From NCBI GenBank assembly GCA_963676835.2, contig CAXXFF010000004.1:288001-352000 (forward strand): DNA of 64,000 nt, given 5' to 3'. The stretch comes from Marispirochaeta sp. (lineage in GTDB: Bacteria; Spirochaetota; Spirochaetia; JC444; Marispirochaetaceae). Below the pieces are notes generated by a model that made no database searches, was not told the origin of the DNA, and saw nothing but the letters and a program-made list of their open reading frames with translations. A program made the position numbers and the translations under genes. Numbering within the stretch: the stretch's first letter is position 1; each line of letters starts with the position of its first letter. Below, piece by piece: positions 1-9,848 of the stretch.

Positions 1-438
1 GACGAAACCAGACTGGAACTGGCACGCAAATTCGGCGCCACCGAAACCTTCGATCCCCGCAAAGTAAATATCCCGGAAGAGATTATGAAACGAACCGCCG
101 GACTGGGAGCCCATATCTCCTTCGATGCGGTTGGAATGGAAGCAACCGTTCTTCCCTGTATCTACAGCCTGCGCAAAGGAGGCCACTTTACCGCAATCGG
201 TAATATTACTCCCACCATCACCAGCCCCCACCAGTATATCGTTTCCCACCAGATTACCGTAAAGGGTTCCAACGCCTCTGCCGGTGAGTTTGGAGCAGCC
301 CTGGAACTGATTCAGATGGGCATGGTAGATGTGGACACCGTAATGTCCGCAGTCGCACCCCTGGAAGAGGGAGAAGCCTGGTTCAAACGGCTGATTGACA
401 AGGAACCGGGGCTGTACAAGGTCATCCTGAAACCGTAA
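1..438 (+). CDS. Zn-dependent alcohol/sugar dehydrogenase, C-terminal part (5' truncated by window edge)
   Basis: Frame open from base 1 (DETRLELARKFGATETFDP...FDAVG...KVILKP), typical MDR C-terminus. Confidence 0.85.
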   Translation, partial: DETRLELARKFGATETFDPRKVNIPEEIMKRTAGLGAHISFDAVGMEATVLPCIYSLRKGGHFTAIGNITPTITSPHQYIVSHQITVKGSNASAGEFGAALELIQMGMVDVDTVMSAVAPLEEGEAWFKRLIDKEPGLYKVILKP

Positions 439-465
439 TAATTATTGCAGGAGGAAACTGAAATT

Positions 466-1251
466 ATGTCTACTGCAATGTTTGATTTAACCGGGCGCTT
501 TGCTGTTGTAACCGGTGCAAGCCGGGGGCTTGGTCTGGCTCTTGCCAAAGCTCTGGCATCTGCCGGGGCTGACCTGGCGGTAACCAGCCGAACTGAAGCA
601 TCCCTGGAAGGAACCTGCAAGGAAATTGAGGCCATGGGCCGAAAATGCCTGCCGGTGGCTCTGGATGTACAGGATATTAACAGCATAGAAGCTGCTACGG
701 ATAAGATTCTTGCCGAGTACGGAAGAATTGATATTCTGGTAAACAACGCCGGCTGCAATGTACGCAAAGCAGCTATCGATATGACCGTTGAAGACTGGGA
801 CATGGTACTGAACACCAACCTGAGGGGCGCATACTTCATGTGCACCTCGGTGGTACGCAAATCCATGCTCAAGAACAAATACGGCCGGATTATCAATATC
901 GGATCCGGAACCAGTGTGTTCGGCTCCGGCGGAATCGGCCCCTACTGTGCCAGCCGCGGCGGAATCCGCCAGCTGACCCAGAGCATGGCCGATGAATGGG
1001 GCGTGGACGGAATCAACGTAAACACCCTGGGACCGGGCTGGTTCAAAACGGAGCAGACAAAGGTGCTCTACGAAAACCAGGCCTGGGTAGATTACATTGT
1101 TGACCGTATCCCCCAGAAACGGGTGGGAAAGCCGGAAGATCTGGCCGGTATGGCCATCTTCCTTGCCTCGGATGCATCCGAGTATGTAACCGGTCAGCTA
1201 TTAATGGTAGACGGCGGACTCACCACCGGTGCCATGAAGGCGAAGGTTTAG
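466..1251 (+). CDS. SDR oxidoreductase, gluconate 5-dehydrogenase/KduD-like
   Basis: TGASRGLG, NNAG, YCASR motifs; RBS AGGAGG upstream. Confidence 0.85.
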   Translation: MSTAMFDLTGRFAVVTGASRGLGLALAKALASAGADLAVTSRTEASLEGTCKEIEAMGRKCLPVALDVQDINSIEAATDKILAEYGRIDILVNNAGCNVRKAAIDMTVEDWDMVLNTNLRGAYFMCTSVVRKSMLKNKYGRIINIGSGTSVFGSGGIGPYCASRGGIRQLTQSMADEWGVDGINVNTLGPGWFKTEQTKVLYENQAWVDYIVDRIPQKRVGKPEDLAGMAIFLASDASEYVTGQLLMVDGGLTTGAMKAKV

Positions 1252-1272
1252 ATACTTTTTCTGATTAAATCA

Positions 1273-2202
1273 TCACACCGGGTCCCTGGGGTCCCGGTTT
1301 TTTTTATGTTCGCTGCAGAACCGGGCCAGCGACTCCAGACGGGCCATGCCCTGTATGGATTTATGCTGCAATGGAACATCCACGATCTGTGATAACGGAA
1401 ACTCCCTGCAAATCCTGTCCCAGCGGGAATCATCCCTGCTGCTTTTATTAACAATAACCCTGCCTATTGGAATAGAGAGCTCAGCAAGCTGATCCCGAAT
1501 ACTCAGGGATTCCGAAAAACTGAGTTCATCCTCATTCATGACGAGATGTATCCGGGTATGACTGCTGTCCTTTAAATATTCCTGAACCTGGCGGTAACGC
1601 TTTTTCATGGTCTGCAGCTGCCTGAAAACCGGGTCATCAGCAAGTTCACGAAGCTCTTCCTTCCGGATTCGCGCCACAGCCTGTTTCTTCTGAATGATCT
1701 CCATGCGCATCTGTTCAAGCTGTTCAATCCAGAGAAGATTAACCTCTCCCAGCGCCAGAGTTTTAAGCGTCAGTGCAGTGGGAGGAGTATCCACCACTAT
1801 CTTTTCAAATCCTTTATGGCTGTCTGTAGCTTTGAACAGGTCTTCCAGGGCAAGCCAGGCGGAGTACTCCTCCATTCCGGGAGCAAACTTGAGGATATCA
1901 AAATATTTATCAATATTAAGGGCCTGCTGATAATGGTAAATACCGGAAAAGCTGCGGCGTACATGCTTCAGATAGTCACGGGTGCCCTTTTTCAGATCTG
2001 TTTCCCGGGCAGTAAGGTAGGGAGTAACTTTTTTTCCCTTATTACCCAATTCACAGTTGAAGATATCATGCAGATTGTGGGCAGGATCCATGGAAACCAG
2101 AAGGGTCTTCTGTTTCAGTGAGGCGAAAAATACTCCCTGAAGAGAGGAACAGGTAGACTTCCCCACTCCGCCTTTCCCGATAAACAGTTCAACCCGGCAC
2201 AT
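1273..2202 (-). CDS. ArsA/Get3-family ATPase (single domain)
   Basis: GKGGVGKST, DPAHNL, PGMEE, DTPPT motifs. Confidence 0.9.
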   Translation of the reverse strand: MCRVELFIGKGGVGKSTCSSLQGVFFASLKQKTLLVSMDPAHNLHDIFNCELGNKGKKVTPYLTARETDLKKGTRDYLKHVRRSFSGIYHYQQALNIDKYFDILKFAPGMEEYSAWLALEDLFKATDSHKGFEKIVVDTPPTALTLKTLALGEVNLLWIEQLEQMRMEIIQKKQAVARIRKEELRELADDPVFRQLQTMKKRYRQVQEYLKDSSHTRIHLVMNEDELSFSESLSIRDQLAELSIPIGRVIVNKSSRDDSRWDRICREFPLSQIVDVPLQHKSIQGMARLESLARFCSEHKKNRDPRDPV

Positions 2203-2486
2203 CAGGGTTCCCCCATAACACTGGCCAGCTCGCTCAGGCCGTTTCCGGTCTGTGACGCTCTGACAAGCAGCCGTTCCAGATCATCACCCATCACAGGGAG
2301 CAGTTCCAGAACCAAGGGGACCGGCGGAGCAGGAAGACCGGTAAAGCTGCCGAACAGCATCAGTGCCATGGAATGTTCCATCTCCGCCGCTTCATAGGCC
2401 AGCTGATTTGTCGCCTTATGCTGCATGGCCATACCGAATCCCCGGAAGAATCCTGCAATGGCAGACAGCAGTTCAGTTAACTTCAT
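2202..2486 (-). CDS. Small hypothetical protein coupled to the ArsA-family gene
   Basis: Overlaps neighbouring start/stop codons in the cstA-arsA run. Confidence 0.7.
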   Translation of the reverse strand: MKLTELLSAIAGFFRGFGMAMQHKATNQLAYEAAEMEHSMALMLFGSFTGLPAPPVPLVLELLPVMGDDLERLLVRASQTGNGLSELASVMGEP

Positions 2487-2916
2487 CGGAGACTCCGTAG
2501 ATCTTCAGATCGTAGACGAGGCTCCGCTGGAAAGGCAGAACCGAATAAATACCGTAAAGTGCCGCAAGAACCGACAAATAGAGGTGATAACGAAAAACAG
2601 GGATCAGCAGAGACCATGCGGCAAATATACTTCCCAGGCAGACTGAACCAAGGGATAAGAGCTTGAATAGCCGGAATTCTCTGAATGACAGTCCCCGCTG
2701 CTGCTCTTTTTTCCTGCAAAAAATGAGCCGAATAATAATCGGCAGGGCAACAGAAAAAATAACCGTACCCATAAGTCCTGCAAAAGAGTTGAACCTGCCT
2801 GCATGCAGAGAAAAAACGTTCCGGCTTCCTGCAAAGTGAGAACCTGCCATAACGGCAAGAAGCAGAACAACAGTAATCCAGGCAGCCCGTTTGAGATTTT
2901 TTATGTTTTCAACCAT
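2473..2916 (-). CDS. Hypothetical membrane protein
   Basis: About 4 hydrophobic segments; operon position. Confidence 0.65.
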   Translation of the reverse strand: MVENIKNLKRAAWITVVLLLAVMAGSHFAGSRNVFSLHAGRFNSFAGLMGTVIFSVALPIIIRLIFCRKKEQQRGLSFREFRLFKLLSLGSVCLGSIFAAWSLLIPVFRYHLYLSVLAALYGIYSVLPFQRSLVYDLKIYGVSDEVN

Positions 2917-2982
2917 GGCAGGCCATCCTTGTTTAACTTGTTAGATATGCCTGCCCCCGCAGAGACAGGCATGGTATAAGGC

Positions 2983-4725
2983 TTACGCCAGGGCGTGCCC
3001 CTCGGCTCCACTGGACTTGAACAGAGCATTGAAGCTCTCAACCGAAACAAAGAGTACTATGGCAATAATCACAAAGTTTATTATTCCCAGAAGAACATTT
3101 CCGCCGGTTATATAGCTCATTTCATTGCTGACAAGAGCCCAGAGGGTCATTATCAGCATGAAACAGGCAGGAAGCAGGGTGTAAAAATAACCTTTACTGC
3201 CTCTGTTCTTCAGATAAACCGAAGCAGTAAACAGCGCCAGAGCAGCCAGGGTCTGATTATTTGCACCAAAAAGCGGCCAGAGGGTCAGCGCGCCTTTTCC
3301 GTCCACACCGGATGAGAAAGCTAACAGTCCTGCAGTAATCAGGGCAAGGATTGTAGCACCGTACTTGTTGGTAAAGAAATTCTTCCTGTCCGCTGCACCT
3401 ACCCTGTTGGCTCCCAGGAGTTCCTGAATAACATAGCGCTGCAGACGGGTTGTGGTATCCAGAGAAGTACCGGCAAAGGAGGCAACAAAAACTCCCATGA
3501 TTATCAGGCCCAGATATTTTGGAATACCCAGGAAGCTGATCATGTTTGCCGACCCTTCCACAAAGGCGCCTACCTTGGCGCCTAAACCGGCAGCGGCACC
3601 CCAGGAGGCGTAATGTTCAGTCCACTTGGCAACACCGGTTACAGCGGCTGTCTCACCCCGAGCCGCAAGACCGATACCTGCAGCAGTAGCTACAATAACC
3701 AGTACCGAAAGTGCCCCTTCCATCAGCATGGATCCATACCCTACAAACTGAGCATCTTCTTCACGGGATACCTGCTTTGCTGTAGTTCCGGAAGATACCA
3801 CCGCATGAAAGCCGGATATTGCACCACAGGCGATGGTTATAAAGAGGAAAGGCCACATAGAAGGTGAATCCTTGGGCGTCAGCTGTACCGCTGGAGCAAC
3901 CACTTTAAGACCGCTGAATGCAGAGATCACCACTCCCACAACCAGCAGCCCCATGGCGATAAACAGCTGCCAGGCATTTATATAATCCCGGGGCTGCAGC
4001 AGGGTTGTAACCGGCAGAGTCGAGGCGATAAAAGCATAGACAAAAAGAATGATGGTCCAGGTTCCGGTGGCAGGCATGGCGCCAATATTCGGCATATCGA
4101 GGGGAACAAAATGGCCAAGAACTACCGTAACATACATGGCAGTAACAGCAATTACAGTGGTCCTCACCACATGGGTATTCTTTTTGTAGATTGCATATCC
4201 AAGGGCGATGGCTATGGGAATTTCCATCCATACCGGAAATACCGATTCGGGATACATATGAAAAATTACGGCTATTATCATTCCCAGTATTGCCAGGAAC
4301 AGCCACAGCTCGATAAAAACAATCAGAAAGAAGGCTGCCCGGATACGCTTACTGATATACTTCGCAGCAATCTCCGAAATAGACTTTCCCTGATTGCGCA
4401 GAGACATTACCAGGGCTGAGAAATCGTGTACCGCACCCATAACAATGGAGCCGACCACAACCCAGATAAGAGCAGGGAGCCATCCCCAGATTACCCCGAT
4501 AGCGGGCCCCACAATCGGACCTGTACCGGCAATAGACGTAAAGTGATGTCCGAAAATGATGCCCTTTTTTGTAGGCACATAATCGACGCCGTCCTGGAAC
4601 TCCTCTGCAGGAGTAGTATTGGCATTGGAAAGCTTGAAAACTTTCTTGCCGATGAACTCTCCGTACAGACGGTAGGCGACAATGTAGCCAACGAAAGCGA
4701 CTATCATTATCATTACTGCAGTCAT
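2983..4725 (-). CDS. cstA: Carbon starvation protein A family transporter
   Basis: GHHFTSIAGTGPIVGP, IACGAISGFH, LWPLFGANNQ; RBS AGGAGG before ATG 4725. Confidence 0.93.
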   Translation of the reverse strand: MTAVMIMIVAFVGYIVAYRLYGEFIGKKVFKLSNANTTPAEEFQDGVDYVPTKKGIIFGHHFTSIAGTGPIVGPAIGVIWGWLPALIWVVVGSIVMGAVHDFSALVMSLRNQGKSISEIAAKYISKRIRAAFFLIVFIELWLFLAILGMIIAVIFHMYPESVFPVWMEIPIAIALGYAIYKKNTHVVRTTVIAVTAMYVTVVLGHFVPLDMPNIGAMPATGTWTIILFVYAFIASTLPVTTLLQPRDYINAWQLFIAMGLLVVGVVISAFSGLKVVAPAVQLTPKDSPSMWPFLFITIACGAISGFHAVVSSGTTAKQVSREEDAQFVGYGSMLMEGALSVLVIVATAAGIGLAARGETAAVTGVAKWTEHYASWGAAAGLGAKVGAFVEGSANMISFLGIPKYLGLIIMGVFVASFAGTSLDTTTRLQRYVIQELLGANRVGAADRKNFFTNKYGATILALITAGLLAFSSGVDGKGALTLWPLFGANNQTLAALALFTASVYLKNRGSKGYFYTLLPACFMLIMTLWALVSNEMSYITGGNVLLGIINFVIIAIVLFVSVESFNALFKSSGAEGHALA

Positions 4726-5059
4726 AATCGTCCTCCTGAAATTGATTTTTACTATCACTTACGTGATGTTGATAGGTGCCTTAATAACAGCTTTTCCCCC
4801 CAAATAAATCGGCGAGATAATCTCCATGGTCATCTTTGGCTATGGGGAAAGTATGATATTTTTAGGGCAGCCTTTATATAATTAAACACCCGATAGGCGA
4901 ACTTGTCCAACAAATTCTGGTCCGACCAATAATTCAGGAGGGAGATGCTCCGAAAAGAGCCAATCAGGTCATTATATGACCCGATTATGGTACCTGATCG
5001 GGTCAAAAAGAAGGAATTTCGATTTCAATGCAGGAGAACAATCAGCAAATCATGATTTT

Positions 5060-5458
5060 TCAGGTGATCTGTAAATAGAAATGCAGGAACTCTGCTGGAG
5101 ATACAATCATGTCTGATGCAGGAAAGTGTTTGGAATTTCCAGTAACAAGTTTTTCAGCTGATCCCGATATTGCGACTTCATAGAAGGCACGGTCATCCTC
5201 GTCCGGAAAAGTTTCGGCCAAAGGAGCTGCTGTTACAAACAGCGATTCATGCTGAATAAAATCAAGCAGGGATTGTATCCACTCCTTTTTAAAACCGAAC
5301 TTCGGTCGTTGCAGTACTTCTGTGTATTCAAGCAATATGCGGTTGTCCACAGCAAGTTTTACACTTCCATTTAAAACCAGGCTGAGAATCGCAGCAGGAG
5401 AACCTGAAGGATTGAGCAGTCCCGAAACAAGGACATTGGTATCCAGGTCAATCGTCAT
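5060..5458 (-). CDS. PIN-domain toxin
   Basis: DTNVLVS...D-DD...LVTGNSKHF. Confidence 0.88.
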   Translation of the reverse strand: MTIDLDTNVLVSGLLNPSGSPAAILSLVLNGSVKLAVDNRILLEYTEVLQRPKFGFKKEWIQSLLDFIQHESLFVTAAPLAETFPDEDDRAFYEVAISGSAEKLVTGNSKHFPASDMIVSPAEFLHFYLQIT

Positions 5459-5745
5459 CAGGACTTTTTACCTGCCCGATACTCTGCTATCTCCGCAGCG
5501 ATATCTCCATCACTCATATTACCCGCGCCGCTCTTAATAGAGTGCATCTGCATCTGCCGTACTGCATTAACTGCGCGGGCTTGCCGGACCGCAGAGAGGG
5601 TTTCTTCCAAATTGGTATCATCTAGGGGTGTCATAAGGGCGATGGGTTTACCGTTATTGGTAATTATCATCTCCTGCTCTTCCGGAAGGTCTTTCCAGAT
5701 TTTTGCCGGGGTGGTGCGTAAATCGCGGACAGTAATGAATCTCAT
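5458..5745 (-). CDS. Phd/YefM-family antitoxin
   Basis: ITVRDLR...IITNNGKPIA; coupled to PIN gene. Confidence 0.88.
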   Translation of the reverse strand: MRFITVRDLRTTPAKIWKDLPEEQEMIITNNGKPIALMTPLDDTNLEETLSAVRQARAVNAVRQMQMHSIKSGAGNMSDGDIAAEIAEYRAGKKS

Positions 5746-5882
5746 AGCGATACCTCACCTATAAAGTAACGCAATGTCACCTGATTGTCTACAAAAGAGG
5801 CAAATTCTATCAACTGAGAATAGCTCATACCTGCAAAAAGCCTTTTCAGGCATGGGTATACGGTTAACGATGGTTAAATGTA

Positions 5883-7487
5883 TTACTTCAGATACTTTTC
5901 CAGAACCGCTGAAATAGCTCCCGGACCGGCGAGCATTTCGGTAAAGATCCCCTCAATCTTATCCGCCAGACCATGCTCAACCAGATCAATCCCGAAAATC
6001 TTCGCATCCGAAAGAATCGCTGAAAGCTGAGATCCGAAAGGTCCGGTATCGCCCAGGCTGATTCCGGCAAGCTTTGCCTGCAATGACGGCCCCAGGGGGT
6101 CCGGACTTATTTCAAATGGCTTTCCTTCATCGTCAATGCCTACCAGATAGCGCAGCCAGCCTGCGATAAAAAGCGGCACTGCAGTAAGCCCTGCAAGGGC
6201 TTCCGGTCCTTTCTTTGCATAGGCTTTTAAGGTGACTCCGAAACGGACGGGAACCTTCTGGGATGTATCCCAGGCTATCCGCTGGGGCATGTCCGGCACA
6301 TACGGGTTGGGCAGCCGTTCTTCAAGTACCTCGCGGATAAAATCCTCCGGCTCAATTATCCCCGGATGTTCAGCCACCGGCAGCCCCTCGCCGTAACCAA
6401 GCTTCTCGATAAAGCGCACCAGCAGGGGATTCTTCATCTCTTCATAGATTCTGTCATACCCTAAAAGGCAGCCGAACACCGCAAGGGTGGTATGCAGGGG
6501 ATTCAGGCAGGTGCAGACCTTCATGGTTTCAACCTTGTCCACGGTCTCCCGTTTGGTAAACAGCACCCCTGCTTTTTCCAGAGGCGGCCTGCCGTTGGGA
6601 AAGCTATCCTCAATTACCAGATACTCCGAGGCTTCTAGATTCACGAAAGTGGTTGCCTTTGAGCCCTTGGCGGTCTCGATTATATCTCCGCTCTCATAGC
6701 CGTCTTTTAAAAGGATTTCCCGCACCTGCTCCGAGGGCTTGGGTACAATCTTGTCGATCATGGACCAGGGAAAGGAGACCTGCTCCGGATCCTGAATATA
6801 CTCAAGAAAACCCTTGTCAACGCTGCCGCTTTCCACCCATTGGCCGGCAATTTCTGTTACCGCCTTCTGCAGCTGCAGTCCGTTATGGGAGAAATTATCC
6901 ATACTCACCATGGCAATAGGGGCTGCCCCTGCGGTATAACGGCGATACAGCAGAAAAGATAGCAGCACCATTAAATGTGAGGGCTGTTCGGGAGGCGCAT
7001 CAAGAGCGGATTTCACCGCCGGAGCATATTCGCCGTCCGGGCCAAGCAGGGAGTAGGCCTTTTCAGTGGCGGCGAGACTCGCCATCTGCAGGGAGGAGTT
7101 TTCAAAGAACCGGACCAGCTGATCCAGTTCGGAGTTGGTTTTTATAAAGGCTGCCACACTGGCGAGCACCTGTTTGTCTACACTGCCGTCGGCATGGAGC
7201 ATGACAGAAAGAACAAGATTATCGTGGGGACGGAAGGCCCTGTCTACAACCTCTTCGTCCCAGCTGGAACAGATAATCATTCCCCGGTCGGTATGGCCTT
7301 CATTCAGAAGATCCTGCTGCAGGCGGGCAAGGTAGCCCCGGGAGATATTTCCCGAACCGAAATGCACCCAGACCGGCGACACCAGGGTTTTCTTATTGGC
7401 GGCAGCAATATCATGCTGAGGCAGAAGATACCCGCCGGCAGCCCACTGTTCTTTGTCTGTGTTTATTCCTGTAAGGGTAAGTTTCAT
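5883..7487 (-). CDS. uxuB: Mannitol dehydrogenase family, probable fructuronate reductase
   Basis: VHFGSGNI, SMDN, FPWSMIDKIVP, KVCTCLNPLHT; adjacent to uxuA. Confidence 0.8.
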   Translation of the reverse strand: MKLTLTGINTDKEQWAAGGYLLPQHDIAAANKKTLVSPVWVHFGSGNISRGYLARLQQDLLNEGHTDRGMIICSSWDEEVVDRAFRPHDNLVLSVMLHADGSVDKQVLASVAAFIKTNSELDQLVRFFENSSLQMASLAATEKAYSLLGPDGEYAPAVKSALDAPPEQPSHLMVLLSFLLYRRYTAGAAPIAMVSMDNFSHNGLQLQKAVTEIAGQWVESGSVDKGFLEYIQDPEQVSFPWSMIDKIVPKPSEQVREILLKDGYESGDIIETAKGSKATTFVNLEASEYLVIEDSFPNGRPPLEKAGVLFTKRETVDKVETMKVCTCLNPLHTTLAVFGCLLGYDRIYEEMKNPLLVRFIEKLGYGEGLPVAEHPGIIEPEDFIREVLEERLPNPYVPDMPQRIAWDTSQKVPVRFGVTLKAYAKKGPEALAGLTAVPLFIAGWLRYLVGIDDEGKPFEISPDPLGPSLQAKLAGISLGDTGPFGSQLSAILSDAKIFGIDLVEHGLADKIEGIFTEMLAGPGAISAVLEKYLK

Positions 7488-7522
7488 CTGCCTGCTCCTT
7501 GTCTGCTATTAGGTATTTAAAA

Positions 7523-8602
7523 TCAATCCTGACGGGACTTCTCCAGGGATTCCCAGATGCCGAGCATATAGGCTACTCCCATAGCCCGGTCATAAAGACC
7601 GTAGCCGGGCCGGGCCGTCTCTCCCCAGATCATTCTTCCATGGTCGGGGCGGATAATTCCAGCAAAGTGAATATCATGAAAAGCCTTGAGAATCTCATAC
7701 ATATCCAGGGAGCCCTCTGAAGAGAGATGGGCGGCTTCGTCAAAATCCCGCTTTCCCCTCTCATCCCGGTAGTGCACATTACGGATATGACCGAAATGAA
7801 TGCGGCTGCCGAAGCGTCGGATCATGGCGGGCAGATCATTTTCCCGGTTGGCTCCGAGAGAGCCGGTACAGAAGGTCAGCCCACTCCAGGGGCTGTCGGA
7901 CATGGAGAGCAGCCGGGCAATCTTCTCTTCGGAGGTAACAATACGCTGAAGCCCGAAGACCGGCCAGGGAGGATCATCCGGATGAAGGGCCATCTTTACA
8001 CCGTACTTTTCACATGCAGGAATAATCGCATCAAGAAAGTACTTGAGGTTTTCAAAAAGACGGTCTTCGGTAAAACCTTTGTAGGCAGCAAAAAGCTCTT
8101 CAAGCAGTGCAAGCCGCTCAGGCTCCCAGCCAGGCAGTGAAAAACCTTCCGCCTTCTTCTCCATAAGGGCCAGCATGCCCATGGGATCTGCTGTTTCAAC
8201 CAGATCAGCTTCGTAAGAGAGTACCGTGGAGTCATCCTCCAGAGCCTTTGCCAGATCGGACCTGGTCCAGTCAAATACGGGCATAAAGTTATAGCAGATC
8301 AGCCGGATTCCCTCAGAGGAGAGATGCTCCATGGTTTTTATGTAATTCTCTATGGCCCTGTCCCGGCCGGAACGGCCGAGTTTGATATCCTCGTGGATAT
8401 TTACGCTTTCAATACCTTCAACGGTAAGCGCCGCAGCCTCTACCTGCTGCTTCACCGCACGGATATCTTCTACAGGCCAGACCTCCCCAACCGGGATATC
8501 CGGAAGGGAGGTTACCACCCCGCGTACTCCGGGAATCTGGCGAATATGTTTCAGTGGTACACTGTCGTGGTTTGCTCCGAACCATCGGAGGGTCATCTTC
8601 AT
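7523..8602 (-). CDS. uxuA: Mannonate dehydratase
   Basis: MKMTLRWFG, CYNFMPVFDWTR, HPDDPP, RPDHGR. Confidence 0.96.
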   Translation of the reverse strand: MKMTLRWFGANHDSVPLKHIRQIPGVRGVVTSLPDIPVGEVWPVEDIRAVKQQVEAAALTVEGIESVNIHEDIKLGRSGRDRAIENYIKTMEHLSSEGIRLICYNFMPVFDWTRSDLAKALEDDSTVLSYEADLVETADPMGMLALMEKKAEGFSLPGWEPERLALLEELFAAYKGFTEDRLFENLKYFLDAIIPACEKYGVKMALHPDDPPWPVFGLQRIVTSEEKIARLLSMSDSPWSGLTFCTGSLGANRENDLPAMIRRFGSRIHFGHIRNVHYRDERGKRDFDEAAHLSSEGSLDMYEILKAFHDIHFAGIIRPDHGRMIWGETARPGYGLYDRAMGVAYMLGIWESLEKSRQD

Positions 8603-8703
8603 AAACCGGCCTCACTTAACACGTACTCTTTTCGCCCGGCAAAAAGATACGGGCGGCAGATAAACTGTGAATTAAAGAGTAGTTCATAAAGATGACCACT
8701 GCT

Positions 8704-9723
8704 TTAAAACTCCAGCAGAACCTTGCAGGTTTTCTCAGCATTCTCGGAAACAAACTTGAAGGCTTCCAGGGTCTTCTCAAAGGGATAGACTGCGGTAATC
8801 ATGGGCTGGGGATCGATCTTGCCTTCCGCAAGCCAGCTGATGGCTTCGGGCATACGTCCGTTATTCAGGCGGGTTCCGATAACTTCCAGCTCCCGGCGCA
8901 TAATTTCGATGGGAGGAATGGATGCGGGATTAGAAGAGAATCCCAGCAGCACCAGCCGTGCAGCCTGGGAGGCATACTTGCTTATACACAGCTCCAGCAC
9001 TTTTGTGTTACCCGTAGCCTCGAACAGAAGGGAAGCACCCTCACCGTCGGTAAAATCCTTTATCTCCTTCTCTGCATCCATGGTTTTTGCGTTAATAACC
9101 AGGTCGGCTCCGAGATTTTTGGCAATCTCCAGACGGGAATCAACAATATCCAGAATTGCCACCTTTACATTGTAAAGCTTGGCCGCCTGCAGCACCATAA
9201 GACCGATGGGTCCGGCACCGCAGATAAGAATAGTATCGCCGTCTTCAATCCTGCCCCGCATAAGGGACTGGGAAGCGATGCTGTATGGCTCAATAAGGGC
9301 TGCGTGCTCCCAGGAGAGGGTCTCCGGCAGTACGTAAACATTCTTTGCACTTATACGTAAATATTCCTGAAATCCTCCGGCGGTATGAACACCAAGAACC
9401 TTTACGTTTTTGCAGACATTGGGACGGCCCTTGCGGCAGGCATAGCACTCTCCGCAGGAGAGTACATTATTAATCGCCACCCGGTCGCCCTTCTTAAAGC
9501 CTTCAACACCGCTGCCTACCTCGTGGATTTCACCGGCAAGCTCGTGGCCCATAATGTTGGGGTAGATTGCGAACCCGGAACTGCCGTCGAATATGTGCAG
9601 GTCGGATCCGCAGATCCCTGCGGTCTTTATCTTTACAACTACTTCACCGGCTTCGGCATCTCCACAGTAAGGGATATCAACAATATTAATTACCCCGGGT
9701 TTCTCTATCTGTATTGCTTTCAT
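8704..9723 (-). CDS. Zn-binding sugar-acid dehydrogenase (YjjN/LgoD-like)
   Basis: GICGSDLH, GHE, CGECYACRKGRPNVC, GAGPIG. Confidence 0.85.
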   Translation of the reverse strand: MKAIQIEKPGVINIVDIPYCGDAEAGEVVVKIKTAGICGSDLHIFDGSSGFAIYPNIMGHELAGEIHEVGSGVEGFKKGDRVAINNVLSCGECYACRKGRPNVCKNVKVLGVHTAGGFQEYLRISAKNVYVLPETLSWEHAALIEPYSIASQSLMRGRIEDGDTILICGAGPIGLMVLQAAKLYNVKVAILDIVDSRLEIAKNLGADLVINAKTMDAEKEIKDFTDGEGASLLFEATGNTKVLELCISKYASQAARLVLLGFSSNPASIPPIEIMRRELEVIGTRLNNGRMPEAISWLAEGKIDPQPMITAVYPFEKTLEAFKFVSENAEKTCKVLLEF

Positions 9724-9766
9724 TTTTCCTCCTCAAGCAGCAGGCTTTATAAGCGAAAAGCCTGAA

Positions 9767-9778
9767 GAAAGCGCTTTC
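9767..9778. promoter_or_regulatory. LacI-family-like operator upstream of the hexuronate operon
   Basis: Perfect palindrome GAAAGCGCTTTC about 45 bp before the 9723 start. Confidence 0.6.
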
Positions 9779-9848
9779 ATAAGCTGTATCAAGCACAATA
9801 TCATGGATATATAAGCAGAGCAAGAAAAACTCTCCTTCGTCCATTTTC

